DNA of 64,000 nt from Clostridium butyricum (GTDB lineage: Bacteria > Bacillota > Clostridia > Clostridiales > Clostridiaceae): the NCBI GenBank assembly GCA_015058525.1, contig SVCE01000014.1, forward strand, positions 2,573 through 66,572. Direction: 5' to 3'. Below are positions 30,851 to 40,389 of this stretch, one piece after another; position 1 is the first letter of the stretch, and the number at the start of each line of letters is the position of its first letter. The position numbers and the translations under genes were made by a program. The notes beneath the pieces were generated by a model. That model did no database searches. It saw only the letters and a list, made by a program, of their open reading frames with translations, and was not told the DNA's origin.

Positions 30851-30892
30851 ATTATATTTTATAGTTAGCTTTTATTAAATTTTCAATAAAAT

Positions 30893-30930
30893 TAAGGCGA
30901 ATTTTTAGAACACTCTGAAAATCCACCTTA
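30893..30930 (-). terminator. DUF975 gene terminator
   Basis: Minus strand TAAGGTGGATTTT...AAAATTCGCCTTA plus T-rich tail. Confidence 0.65.
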
Positions 30931-30975
30931 TCCATTACTTCTTTAATTTATTATAATAGCTTTAATACTTTTTAT

Positions 30976-31587
30976 TTATAACTCATTATTACTTAATGAT
31001 TTATAATAATTTGCATAAGTAACACTAATATAAGGAGTTACCCACAATAATGCAATACCAAATGTAATAATTGATAAAATTACCCACAATATAAAACTTA
31101 ATTGAAGAACAAAAAATTCCCATTTATGTCCCTTCATCATTTCTGCACTTTCCTTCATGCACTCAATTACACCTTTATCATTGTCTTCAATGAGTATAAA
31201 ATATACCTGTGAATATCTCAATGCTAATATAATGCCAGGTACTATGAAAAAGATTATACCAATAATCACTATAATGCTAACTAATAAACTTAAACCTAAT
31301 ATTTTTAAATATACCTTTCTATTAAACCCTGCAAAAATATCACTAATTTGAACTTCATCATTATTAGCAAAATTTAAAGAAATATTACTTAATCCATAAG
31401 ACATAGCTCCTGTAACAAAACAATTCGATATCTTTAGTATGACTTTCAAACTACCTGATTCAACAAAATTATCAATCGAAACAAATATACTTGAAATAAT
31501 AATGCCAATAAGAAATGCTATAACTGCAATTCCCCATTTACCTTTTAACTGATTCTTTGCGTTACTTTTTAATACTGATCTCTCCAT
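30976..31587 (-). CDS. DUF975 family membrane protein
   Basis: LKSNAKNQLKGKW, IVPGIILALRYSQ, MMKGHKWEFFVLQLSF, WVTPY. Confidence 0.9.
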   Translation of the reverse strand: MERSVLKSNAKNQLKGKWGIAVIAFLIGIIISSIFVSIDNFVESGSLKVILKISNCFVTGAMSYGLSNISLNFANNDEVQISDIFAGFNRKVYLKILGLSLLVSIIVIIGIIFFIVPGIILALRYSQVYFILIEDNDKGVIECMKESAEMMKGHKWEFFVLQLSFILWVILSIITFGIALLWVTPYISVTYANYYKSLSNNEL

Positions 31588-32296
31588 TTATAAATGTCCT
31601 CCTATTATTAGTATATAAAAATTAATTATTTCTACAATTAATGTATATTCTCACTATAATTAATATATGTTTGTTATTTTATGTAATTCTGCAAACAAAT
31701 TTCAATTTATTTACACTAATCAAAATATTTAATTTCTATATATTACTAATTATAGCATCCATTAACAACAACATCAATTAATCCTTTATACCAGAAGTGT
31801 TTTACCATTTTTTATGAGCAGAATGAAAGAACCATAAAATAATAAAAACAATACTGAAATATCCTGCAACTATCTCACCCATATATCTACCAGCTTTCTT
31901 AATTATTAATAGTAAAAGTTAGTATGTTTATTATAATTGTTATGAATACAATAACAAGGTATTGGCAATTCTAAATATTATATAAATAAAATATATTTAA
32001 TTAAATATTCATATATAAGATCTATCTAAAATAACTGAAACGCCTATATAACATCTAAAATTTCATTTATATTAACCATAATATACTCTAACTAGCTTAT
32101 ATATTATGTAATACCTATTATGACCTTATAACTATATTAATTAATACTAAAAATTTAACATTACTTTTTCCTTTACATTTAATATATATTCTTATAATTA
32201 TATAAATATGACTACATAACATTTTTTATTTTAATCACATATATTTTACTATTTACAGAATATAATTTTATAAACAATAATATAAGGAGTTCTAAA

Positions 32297-33337
32297 TTGT
32301 CAGATAATAAGTATAATCAAAAGATGAACATTAATACTAATAATAAAAAGAAATATATAAAATACTTTTTAATTCTAATACTTTTTTTAATACTAGGAAT
32401 TTGTTCTGTTTGTGCACTAACAATAAATAATTACTTAAACAAAATTAATAAAATAACATCAGATGATAACAATAATATACAATCAAATATAAATCTAGAA
32501 TCTGAAGACTTATTAAATTCATCAGATTCTCATATAGAAAATACAATTCCAAGAAACACTGATATAAAGAATTTAGCCATATTCGGAATAGATGGAACAG
32601 ATGGAGAACTCTGTCGTTCTGACTGTATTATGATACTTACAATAGATAACATACATGATAAAATAAAGCTCAGTTCTATAATAAGAGATTCATATGTAAA
32701 TATTCCTACTAAACAAAAAAAAGACAAAATTAATCACGCTTATGCCTTTGGAGGTCCCTCTCTTGCTGTAGAAACATTAAATAAAAATTTTGATATAGAT
32801 ATAAGCAAATTTGTTTCTGTAAATTTTTCATCATTTCCTAAAATAATAGATTCTGTAGGTGGAATTTCTTTATATCTAACTGATGATGAAACAAAATATA
32901 TTAACCAATATATTAATCAAATAAACTCCTTAAACGGAACTTCTTCACCTAACATCAAAAATTCCGGATCACAACCTATAGATGGTACTCAGGCTCTAGC
33001 CTACTCAAGAATAAGATATACTGAAGGTGGAGATTTTGAAAGAAGTCATAGGCAAAGAATAGTAATAGAGCATATATTCGAAAAGCTAAAAACACTTTCC
33101 CTAAAAGACTATCCAAATATTTTAAACGAACTTCTTCCATTAATAAATACAAATCTCAGCAATAAAGAAATTCTTTCTATTTGCATGGATATAAATGCAT
33201 TAAAAAGTAATGGAATTACTCAAGCAAGATTTCCTGAAAATGAGGATGCTGAAGGTAAATTGATTAATGAAGTTTATTATTATGTATTTGATGAAAATGC
33301 CACTAAAAACAAGATTCATAAATTTATTTATAATTAA
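32297..33337 (+). CDS. LCP (LytR-CpsA-Psr) glycopolymer transferase
   Basis: N-terminal TM; RSDCIMI, SIIRD, KINHAY, ALAYSRIRY, DFERSHRQ. Confidence 0.93.
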   Translation: MSDNKYNQKMNINTNNKKKYIKYFLILILFLILGICSVCALTINNYLNKINKITSDDNNNIQSNINLESEDLLNSSDSHIENTIPRNTDIKNLAIFGIDGTDGELCRSDCIMILTIDNIHDKIKLSSIIRDSYVNIPTKQKKDKINHAYAFGGPSLAVETLNKNFDIDISKFVSVNFSSFPKIIDSVGGISLYLTDDETKYINQYINQINSLNGTSSPNIKNSGSQPIDGTQALAYSRIRYTEGGDFERSHRQRIVIEHIFEKLKTLSLKDYPNILNELLPLINTNLSNKEILSICMDINALKSNGITQARFPENEDAEGKLINEVYYYVFDENATKNKIHKFIYN

Positions 33338-33351
33338 AAAAAATAAAATGG

Positions 33352-34107
33352 TTAAAATATTAACCATTTTATTTTTTTTATTTTTTTCCCTATAAAAACT
33401 ACTTTTTCATTATTAAACACTTTTTCATTATTATCTTCAAGAATACTTAAATACATATTGTTTCTTTTCTGTATGACCTTTAAAGCCTTACCCATATTTA
33501 ATTTTCTATTTCCATCATTATGTGCATCACTTCCTATAAAGTTATATATATTATTATTTAAAAGAATTTTTGCAGTCCTTTTTATATCTAATCCAAATTT
33601 TCCCTCTAAACTTCCAGAATTAAGCTGAAATAAATACCCTTCATGTATAAATTTATTAATAAATGCAGTATTATCAATTATATAAGAGTATCTTTCTGGA
33701 TGTGCTATAATAGGAATAATGCCTAAAATCTGAAGTTCATATAAATTTCTTATTATAGTATCATCAAAATTTTCCAAATCAAACTCTATAAGCATATATC
33801 GACTTTCATTTATTGTTCCAATATGTCCACTTTTATACTGAGTTATAATGTTATTTGAATAATAAATTTCCTGTCCTGGATATACTTTAATGTTTAATCC
33901 TTTATTATATATTAATTTATTTAAGATTTTCACACTGGATTTTACTTTTTTATACTCATTTTCATAACATCCAACATAATAATGAGGGGTTGCTGCAATT
34001 TTACTTACTCCACAATTTACTGCTTCATTTAACATGTTAAATGTAATTTTTAAATTAGGTGATCCATCATCTAATCCTGGTAAAATATGAGTATGGATAT
34101 CATTCAT
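33352..34107 (-). CDS. PHP-family tyrosine-protein phosphatase (CpsB/YwqE/CapC)
   Basis: DIHTHILPGLDDG, ATPHY, PGQE, AHPERY, GSDAH. Confidence 0.93.
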   Translation of the reverse strand: MNDIHTHILPGLDDGSPNLKITFNMLNEAVNCGVSKIAATPHYYVGCYENEYKKVKSSVKILNKLIYNKGLNIKVYPGQEIYYSNNIITQYKSGHIGTINESRYMLIEFDLENFDDTIIRNLYELQILGIIPIIAHPERYSYIIDNTAFINKFIHEGYLFQLNSGSLEGKFGLDIKRTAKILLNNNIYNFIGSDAHNDGNRKLNMGKALKVIQKRNNMYLSILEDNNEKVFNNEKVVFIGKKIKKIKWLIF

Positions 34108-35335
34108 AACCTGCTCCTATATAAATTTTCTCTCTTTTTAAATAATTAATTATTTTTAATTTTAAAATTCTGAAAATTCTCTTTTTTATATTTGACTCAC
34201 ACAATTCTGAAGTATCAAAATAAATTTTATCATTTAAAGACTCTTTCAAAAATTTAAGCTGCTCCTGAAATTCTATATTATGTTGGTTTTCTTCATCTAC
34301 AATACTACTTATAATTCGTTGATTTACTCCATCAATTAATATTTTTTCTAACAATCCACATACTGTAAAATTATTATTTTCATTACTATATGAATCTTCT
34401 ACTGTATTGTAATTATATATTCCTATAGGCATTCCACTTACAACATTCATACTTATAGTTGTAACTCCTTCATTAGAGCACGTTAATACTGATCCTGCTG
34501 TCGCAATAGCCGCATCCATATATTTAAAAATCTTTCTAGGAATTGGATAAATAAATCCACTAACATATATATCTAAGTTAGATATATCCTTTACTATTTT
34601 TAGAACCTTATTAAATCTATTATTATCCATTGTTCCACCAATTAAAAATAATTGAACTTTTTTATCTTTATGAATATTGCAAAATTCTGCAACTCCTTCT
34701 AACATGGTTTTTACATATATTTTTTCTAATCTACCAACTGTACATATGTGATAATCTGCAGCAAAATCTATTTTTTTACATATATCTGTATCTATATCTT
34801 CTACTGAATTTTCACATACAGCTTCAAGATGATAACACTGATCTTTATTCAAATTTATAAGATTTTTAAAAAGTATAGGCAGTGAATCTTTTGAAATGCC
34901 AGCCAATTCTTTCCTTAATAATTTAAAATAAAAAAATTCTAAAACATCATTATTTTTTATGTTAAAATTCTCTTGAAGCAAAAAAGCGAAATGTTTTCCT
35001 TTAGTTTTACTTGCTAGTAATTCAGCCCAACATGCACATATATACGTATGGGATTCTATAATAATCTCATCACCATTCTTTATGTTTAATTTTAATTTCA
35101 TTTTATCTAAAATGCCTTCAATTTTTTTCTTATTAAAATATGCAGGATAATATGATAATTCTGGATAATAATTATTAATATTTAAAAATTCTCGTATATA
35201 CCTTTTTCCTTCAATAGCGTAAAAAATATATACTTCATATCCATTCTCCTCCAAAAAATTTTTCTTATTTCTTGTATATATCTGCCCTCCTCCTACATTA
35301 GATAATGTTCCTGTAAAGAAAATATATTTTTTCAT
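34100..35335 (-). CDS. Divergent GT-B fold glycosyltransferase-like protein
   Basis: N-terminal GGGQIY, central ICTVGRLEK, position in the polysaccharide operon. Confidence 0.55.
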   Translation of the reverse strand: MKKYIFFTGTLSNVGGGQIYTRNKKNFLEENGYEVYIFYAIEGKRYIREFLNINNYYPELSYYPAYFNKKKIEGILDKMKLKLNIKNGDEIIIESHTYICACWAELLASKTKGKHFAFLLQENFNIKNNDVLEFFYFKLLRKELAGISKDSLPILFKNLINLNKDQCYHLEAVCENSVEDIDTDICKKIDFAADYHICTVGRLEKIYVKTMLEGVAEFCNIHKDKKVQLFLIGGTMDNNRFNKVLKIVKDISNLDIYVSGFIYPIPRKIFKYMDAAIATAGSVLTCSNEGVTTISMNVVSGMPIGIYNYNTVEDSYSNENNNFTVCGLLEKILIDGVNQRIISSIVDEENQHNIEFQEQLKFLKESLNDKIYFDTSELCESNIKKRIFRILKLKIINYLKREKIYIGAGYE

Positions 35336-35414
35336 TATATACTCCTCATGGCACTTGATTTTAAAATAATAAGCTAAAACTCGTACACTTTTTAGCTTAC
35401 TATTTTTATATACT

Positions 35415-36539
35415 TTATTTTCTTTTTAATATTTCTCTTATAGCATTTATTATAAATCTTGTTTCTTCTATTTTTAATGAACCATATAAAGGAAGAGTTA
35501 ATATTCTATCTGCAACATATTTTGCATTTGGTATATTAGAATCATCAAATTCACCTTTATAGCAGTCAAATTCTGTTGTTAATGGATAAAAATACTTTCT
35601 TGTATATATATTATATTTTTTAAGTTCCTCATATAACTCATTTCGCGTAATTTTAGTAATACTTTCTTCTATAAGTATTGGAAAATAAGCGTAATTATAT
35701 TTTATATTTTTCTTTTCTTTTAATAATTTTATCCCTTTAATTTCTCCTAATCCATTCCTATATTCATTTGTTATTTTTCTTCTATTATCCATTTCATTAT
35801 CTACGTATCTCAAATTCACTATTCCCATAGCCGCTTGAAATTCGTTCATTTTAGCATTTACCCCTATAGATTCAACATGCTCTTCATCCACAATTCCAAA
35901 GTTCTTAATCATTTCAAACTTTTTATTTAAATTCAACTGAGAAGTTGCTAATAATCCACCTTCAATAGTATTATAAACTTTTGTGGCATGCATTGAGCAC
36001 ATTGAAATATCTCCAAAACTTCCAATTCCTCTTCCATTTACTTCAACACCAAATACATGAGCAGCATCATATATTACTTTTAAATTATATTTCTTAGCTA
36101 TATTTTCTATTTTTTCTGTATTGCATGGACATCCAAATACATGAACTGGTATTATTGCACACGTTTTTTCATTTATAAGCGCCTCAATTTTATTTTCGTC
36201 AATAGTATAGTCATCCATTTTTATATCGCAAAACCTGGGTGTTAAGTTATTATTTACTATTGCATGTGTAGTTGAAGCAAATGTAAATGGTGTTGTAATA
36301 ACTTCACCTTTTAAATCCAATGATTTTATTGCTATTTCCATAGCTGAATGTCCATTTGTGAATAATGCTATTTTTTTGACTTTTAAATATTTTTGCAGTT
36401 CTCTTTGTAATTTATCATGGATCTTTCCGTTATTAGTAAGCCAGTTATCTTCCCATATACTTTTTATCTCGTTAATATATTCATTCATCGGCGGTAAAAA
36501 TGCTTTAGTAACTTGAATCTTATTTTCAAATTTTCTCAT
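35415..36539 (-). CDS. DegT/DnrJ/EryC1/StrS sugar aminotransferase, VioA-like
   Basis: WLTNNG, TTPFTFAST, PVHVFG, YDAAH, SMHATKVYNTIEGG (PLP Lys), NAKMNE. Confidence 0.88.
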   Translation of the reverse strand: MRKFENKIQVTKAFLPPMNEYINEIKSIWEDNWLTNNGKIHDKLQRELQKYLKVKKIALFTNGHSAMEIAIKSLDLKGEVITTPFTFASTTHAIVNNNLTPRFCDIKMDDYTIDENKIEALINEKTCAIIPVHVFGCPCNTEKIENIAKKYNLKVIYDAAHVFGVEVNGRGIGSFGDISMCSMHATKVYNTIEGGLLATSQLNLNKKFEMIKNFGIVDEEHVESIGVNAKMNEFQAAMGIVNLRYVDNEMDNRRKITNEYRNGLGEIKGIKLLKEKKNIKYNYAYFPILIEESITKITRNELYEELKKYNIYTRKYFYPLTTEFDCYKGEFDDSNIPNAKYVADRILTLPLYGSLKIEETRFIINAIREILKRK

Positions 36540-36563
36540 TTATGCTCCTTTTTCATAAATTAC

Positions 36564-37271
36564 TTATATAAGCTCATACATAGTGAGCATTTTCTTAATT
36601 GATTCCTTTGAATTAAACATCATAATATCTAATATTGATAAATTTGGAACAAATATTTCATTATATTGTTTGTAATATATTTTTTTTGTATTAAGGAAAT
36701 ACAGCTTTATATTATTTTTTCTAAACACTTCTTTTGAATATAATTTTTGTCCTCCTATACTATTAATATAAATATCACCTTTTAATTCTTTGACAATATC
36801 AATTATTTTATCCTGACTTCTCAATGTACAATTTTTATTAATCTGAGATGATACAATGATTTCAGTCTCTATATTTAAATAATCACATATATGAATTAAG
36901 CTGTTTTCCAAAAATTCTGCTATATTTATTTTAATATCATATTTAAAAATGTCCTCTATTATAGGCATTACAGTATTAAACATTGGAGCTTTCTTATAGG
37001 CTCTTTCTATACTCCTAAATAATTTTGAAATATGTCTTTCTATATCATCACAAAAATATCTTTCATTTATATTTAAATTTCCTAAATCTTTTTTAACTCC
37101 CAAATAAAATATTGATTCTTTATTATTTATAAGCATCTTATTTTTATTTATCCAGCCTCTATTTATATATTTGACATCATCATATACAACAAATTTATCT
37201 ACTGACTTAATTAACTGAAAATATCCTATATAAGGCAAAAAATATGGTTGCATTATTCCAACTTTCCTCAT
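36564..37271 (-). CDS. WbqC family protein (copy 2)
   Basis: GIMQPYFLPYIGYFQLI...DDVKYINRGWINKN; YINSIGG; PNLSILD. Confidence 0.9.
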   Translation of the reverse strand: MRKVGIMQPYFLPYIGYFQLIKSVDKFVVYDDVKYINRGWINKNKMLINNKESIFYLGVKKDLGNLNINERYFCDDIERHISKLFRSIERAYKKAPMFNTVMPIIEDIFKYDIKINIAEFLENSLIHICDYLNIETEIIVSSQINKNCTLRSQDKIIDIVKELKGDIYINSIGGQKLYSKEVFRKNNIKLYFLNTKKIYYKQYNEIFVPNLSILDIMMFNSKESIKKMLTMYELI

Positions 37272-37296
37272 ACCATTCTCCTTTTAAATCAACAAC

Positions 37297-38001
37297 TTAT
37301 TCAAGTATATATTCATTTAACATTCCTTTAATTTTTTCAATAGAATTAAACATCATAACATCAATAATTGATAAGTTTGGAACAAATTCATCTTCATATT
37401 GCTTGTACCTAATATTATTATTTTTTACAAAAAATAAATCTATATTATTATTTTTAAAATTTTCCTTTGAATAAAGCTTTTTTCCCCCAATGCTATTTAT
37501 ATAAACATCTCCATCTAATTTCTTAACTATATCTATCACTTTATCTTGACACTTTAATTTATTATCTTTTGTAATTTGAGAAGATATTAAAAATTTAGTA
37601 TTTATATTAAATACTCCACATAATATTTTTAATGAATTACAAATATACTTACTTATATCAATATCAATATCACAATTTAAAATATCTAAAAGTAGTGAAA
37701 TTACTTTATTATAGTAAGGTGCTCTTTTATATGAATATTTAATTGTTTTTAAAAATTTATCTTTTTCACTCTTAAAATTAGAACCAAAATATCTTTCATT
37801 AATTTTAAGAGCTTGATGCCCTTTCTTTAAACTAAATACAAACAATTTAGGCTGTCCATTTATAAGTATTCTATTTCTATTTATCCAGCCTTGTTTTATA
37901 TACTGAACATCATCACAAACAACAAACTTATCAACACTTTTTATAAGCTGAAAATATCCTATATACGGAAATAAATATGGCTGCATTATCCCAATTTTCA
38001 T
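37297..38001 (-). CDS. WbqC family protein (copy 1)
   Basis: GIMQPYLFPYIGYFQLI...DDVQYIKQGWINRN; YINSIGG; PNLSIID. Confidence 0.9.
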   Translation of the reverse strand: MKIGIMQPYLFPYIGYFQLIKSVDKFVVCDDVQYIKQGWINRNRILINGQPKLFVFSLKKGHQALKINERYFGSNFKSEKDKFLKTIKYSYKRAPYYNKVISLLLDILNCDIDIDISKYICNSLKILCGVFNINTKFLISSQITKDNKLKCQDKVIDIVKKLDGDVYINSIGGKKLYSKENFKNNNIDLFFVKNNNIRYKQYEDEFVPNLSIIDVMMFNSIEKIKGMLNEYILE

Positions 38002-39476
38002 TTTACTGTCTCCTTATATTTTTTAATTGCATTAATTATTAAATTCAGAAAAATATTTAACTCCTCACTTTTAAAAATTAATCCCTCAATAATATATATT
38101 ATTATTCCTATCATAATTTGACTTACAAGCATTAATATATTTGGTAATGAAATATAGTGTTCAAATAAGCACACAGCCATTCCCATGATAAATGTCATAA
38201 CAAAACTAGGCATAAGATCCCTTACTTGCTCTTTAAAAGAGTAATTTATTAAGTATTTAGAATAAAATGAATTTATATAATAAGATATATATGAATCTAT
38301 AACTGCTACTCCTAATATTCCATATATACCGGTCTTTAAATACAATGCTGCTATTATAAGTAGTAAACCAAGGCCCTTTTTTATTATTTCTAATTTTAAA
38401 AATAAATCACTCCTGCCTTTAACTTGTAAAATATTTAAGTTTATAACATGAAGAGGATATAACATAGCTTCAAAACATAATATTTGAAAATAAAAAATTG
38501 AATCAATCCATTTTTCACCTAAAACTATTGTTATTAACAATTTTCCTGATGAGGCTAAGCCAATCATTACTGGAAAAATAATAAATGCAGTACATTTTAA
38601 TATTTTCTTATATCCATTTTTTAATCTAACTGAATCATCATTATTCAATTGACTTAGTACTGGATAAGTCACTTTTTGAACAGCTCCTGTCATTGATTTA
38701 CTTGCAGCATCTTTTAATTTGCAGGCATTCGTATAATATCCCAAATCCAATACTGAAAAAAACTTTCCAATAATTATATAATATAAATTACTATATAATG
38801 TATCCATCAAGCTAGAAATAAGCATTTTCCAACCAAAATTAAAAAGCTTTTTAAAATCACATATATCAAATACTAATCTCGGAATCCATTTATTATAAAC
38901 AAAAAGGAGTATTGACTGAATTAAACTCATAAAAATTGCACGTATAATAAGACTCCATACTCCAAGTCCCATTCTAGCAGCAATTATTCCAATTATTCCA
39001 GATATAACAGATGCTAGTATACTTATTTTAGTTTGAGTTTTAAAATCTATCTTTCTTGTTAATAATATCCTCTGAATAATTCCAAATGCATCAATTATTA
39101 TATTTACAGCTAAAATTCTAAGTATATATATTAATCTATTTTCATTAAAAAAATGTCCCACATATGGAGCAACTAAAAATAATATTATATAAACTAAAAC
39201 TGAAATAATAAGATTGAAATAAAATACTGTTGAACATTCTTTATCATTAATTTTTTCTTCCCTTATTAAAGCATTGCTAAGTCCACTGTCAATTATTGAT
39301 GTAGATATAGATATAAATATTGTAATCATGCCTATCAAGCCAAAATCTTCTGGAAGAAGTAACCTTGCTAAAATAACTTGTATTATAACAGAAAATCCTT
39401 GATTCATTATTAACTCAGAAAAACTCCATATCAATCCATTAATTGTTTTGCTTGTTAAATTTTTCGATTTATTCAT
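37998..39476 (-). CDS. Wzx/WzxC-type polysaccharide flippase
   Basis: LARLLLPEDFGL, GLGVWSLI, IIGKFFS..LGYY; many TM segments. Confidence 0.9.
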   Translation of the reverse strand: MNKSKNLTSKTINGLIWSFSELIMNQGFSVIIQVILARLLLPEDFGLIGMITIFISISTSIIDSGLSNALIREEKINDKECSTVFYFNLIISVLVYIILFLVAPYVGHFFNENRLIYILRILAVNIIIDAFGIIQRILLTRKIDFKTQTKISILASVISGIIGIIAARMGLGVWSLIIRAIFMSLIQSILLFVYNKWIPRLVFDICDFKKLFNFGWKMLISSLMDTLYSNLYYIIIGKFFSVLDLGYYTNACKLKDAASKSMTGAVQKVTYPVLSQLNNDDSVRLKNGYKKILKCTAFIIFPVMIGLASSGKLLITIVLGEKWIDSIFYFQILCFEAMLYPLHVINLNILQVKGRSDLFLKLEIIKKGLGLLLIIAALYLKTGIYGILGVAVIDSYISYYINSFYSKYLINYSFKEQVRDLMPSFVMTFIMGMAVCLFEHYISLPNILMLVSQIMIGIIIYIIEGLIFKSEELNIFLNLIINAIKKYKETVK

Positions 39477-39501
39477 GCTTATATTACCTAATTATTTTTT
39501 A

Positions 39502-40374
39502 TTAATGTTCATTTTCTGCTATATTAATTAAATACTTTCCATAGCTTGTTTTAGCTAATGGATAAGATAATTCCAACAATTGCTCTTTAGTTATCCATCC
39601 ATTTCTATATGATATCTCTTCCAAACACGCAATATGAATTCCCTGCACATCTTCTATTGCCTGTACAAAATTTGATGCTTGAAGCAGTGATCTGTGAGTC
39701 CCCATATCCAGCCAGGCTAATCCTCTTCCTAAAACTTGAACTTTTAATGTCCCTTCTTTCATATATAATTTATTTAAATCTGTTATTTCTAATTCATTTC
39801 TTTCAGATGGTTTAAGAGATCTAGCCTTTTCAATAACAGTATTATCATAAAAATATAATCCAGGAACTATAAACTTTGATTTAGGATGCTCAGGCTTTTC
39901 TTCCAGTGAAATAACATTATTGTTCTCATCAAACTCTACAACTCCAAAATTACTAGGATTTTGCATATAATATGCAAAAATACATGCCCCACTTTGAATT
40001 TCAGATGCTATTTTAAGATCTGATGAAAAGCCTTGCCCATAAAAAATATTGTCTCCTAAAATAAGTGCTACTTTATCATCTTTTATAAAATCTTCTCCAA
40101 TAATGAATGCCTGAGCAAGCCCTTCTGGTCGTTCTTGAATTTTATATTTAATATTTAATCCTATCTGTTTTCCATCTCTAAAAAGCTTTTTAAAATTACT
40201 CATATTGTTATAATCAGAAATTATTAAAATATCTCTTATACCTGCTAACATAAGTATTGATATTGGATAATAAATCATAGGTTTATCATAAATAGGTATC
40301 ATTTGTTTTGATATGGTTTTTGTTGCAGGATATAATCGAGTTCCAAGTCCTCCTGCTAATACAATACCTTTCAT
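39502..40374 (-). CDS. rfbA: Glucose-1-phosphate thymidylyltransferase
   Basis: GIVLAGGLGTRLYPAT, YDKPMIYYP, LGDNIFYG, EEKP, ELEITD. Confidence 0.95.
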   Translation of the reverse strand: MKGIVLAGGLGTRLYPATKTISKQMIPIYDKPMIYYPISILMLAGIRDILIISDYNNMSNFKKLFRDGKQIGLNIKYKIQERPEGLAQAFIIGEDFIKDDKVALILGDNIFYGQGFSSDLKIASEIQSGACIFAYYMQNPSNFGVVEFDENNNVISLEEKPEHPKSKFIVPGLYFYDNTVIEKARSLKPSERNELEITDLNKLYMKEGTLKVQVLGRGLAWLDMGTHRSLLQASNFVQAIEDVQGIHIACLEEISYRNGWITKEQLLELSYPLAKTSYGKYLINIAENEH

Positions 40375-40389
40375 TTATACCTCCTACAT

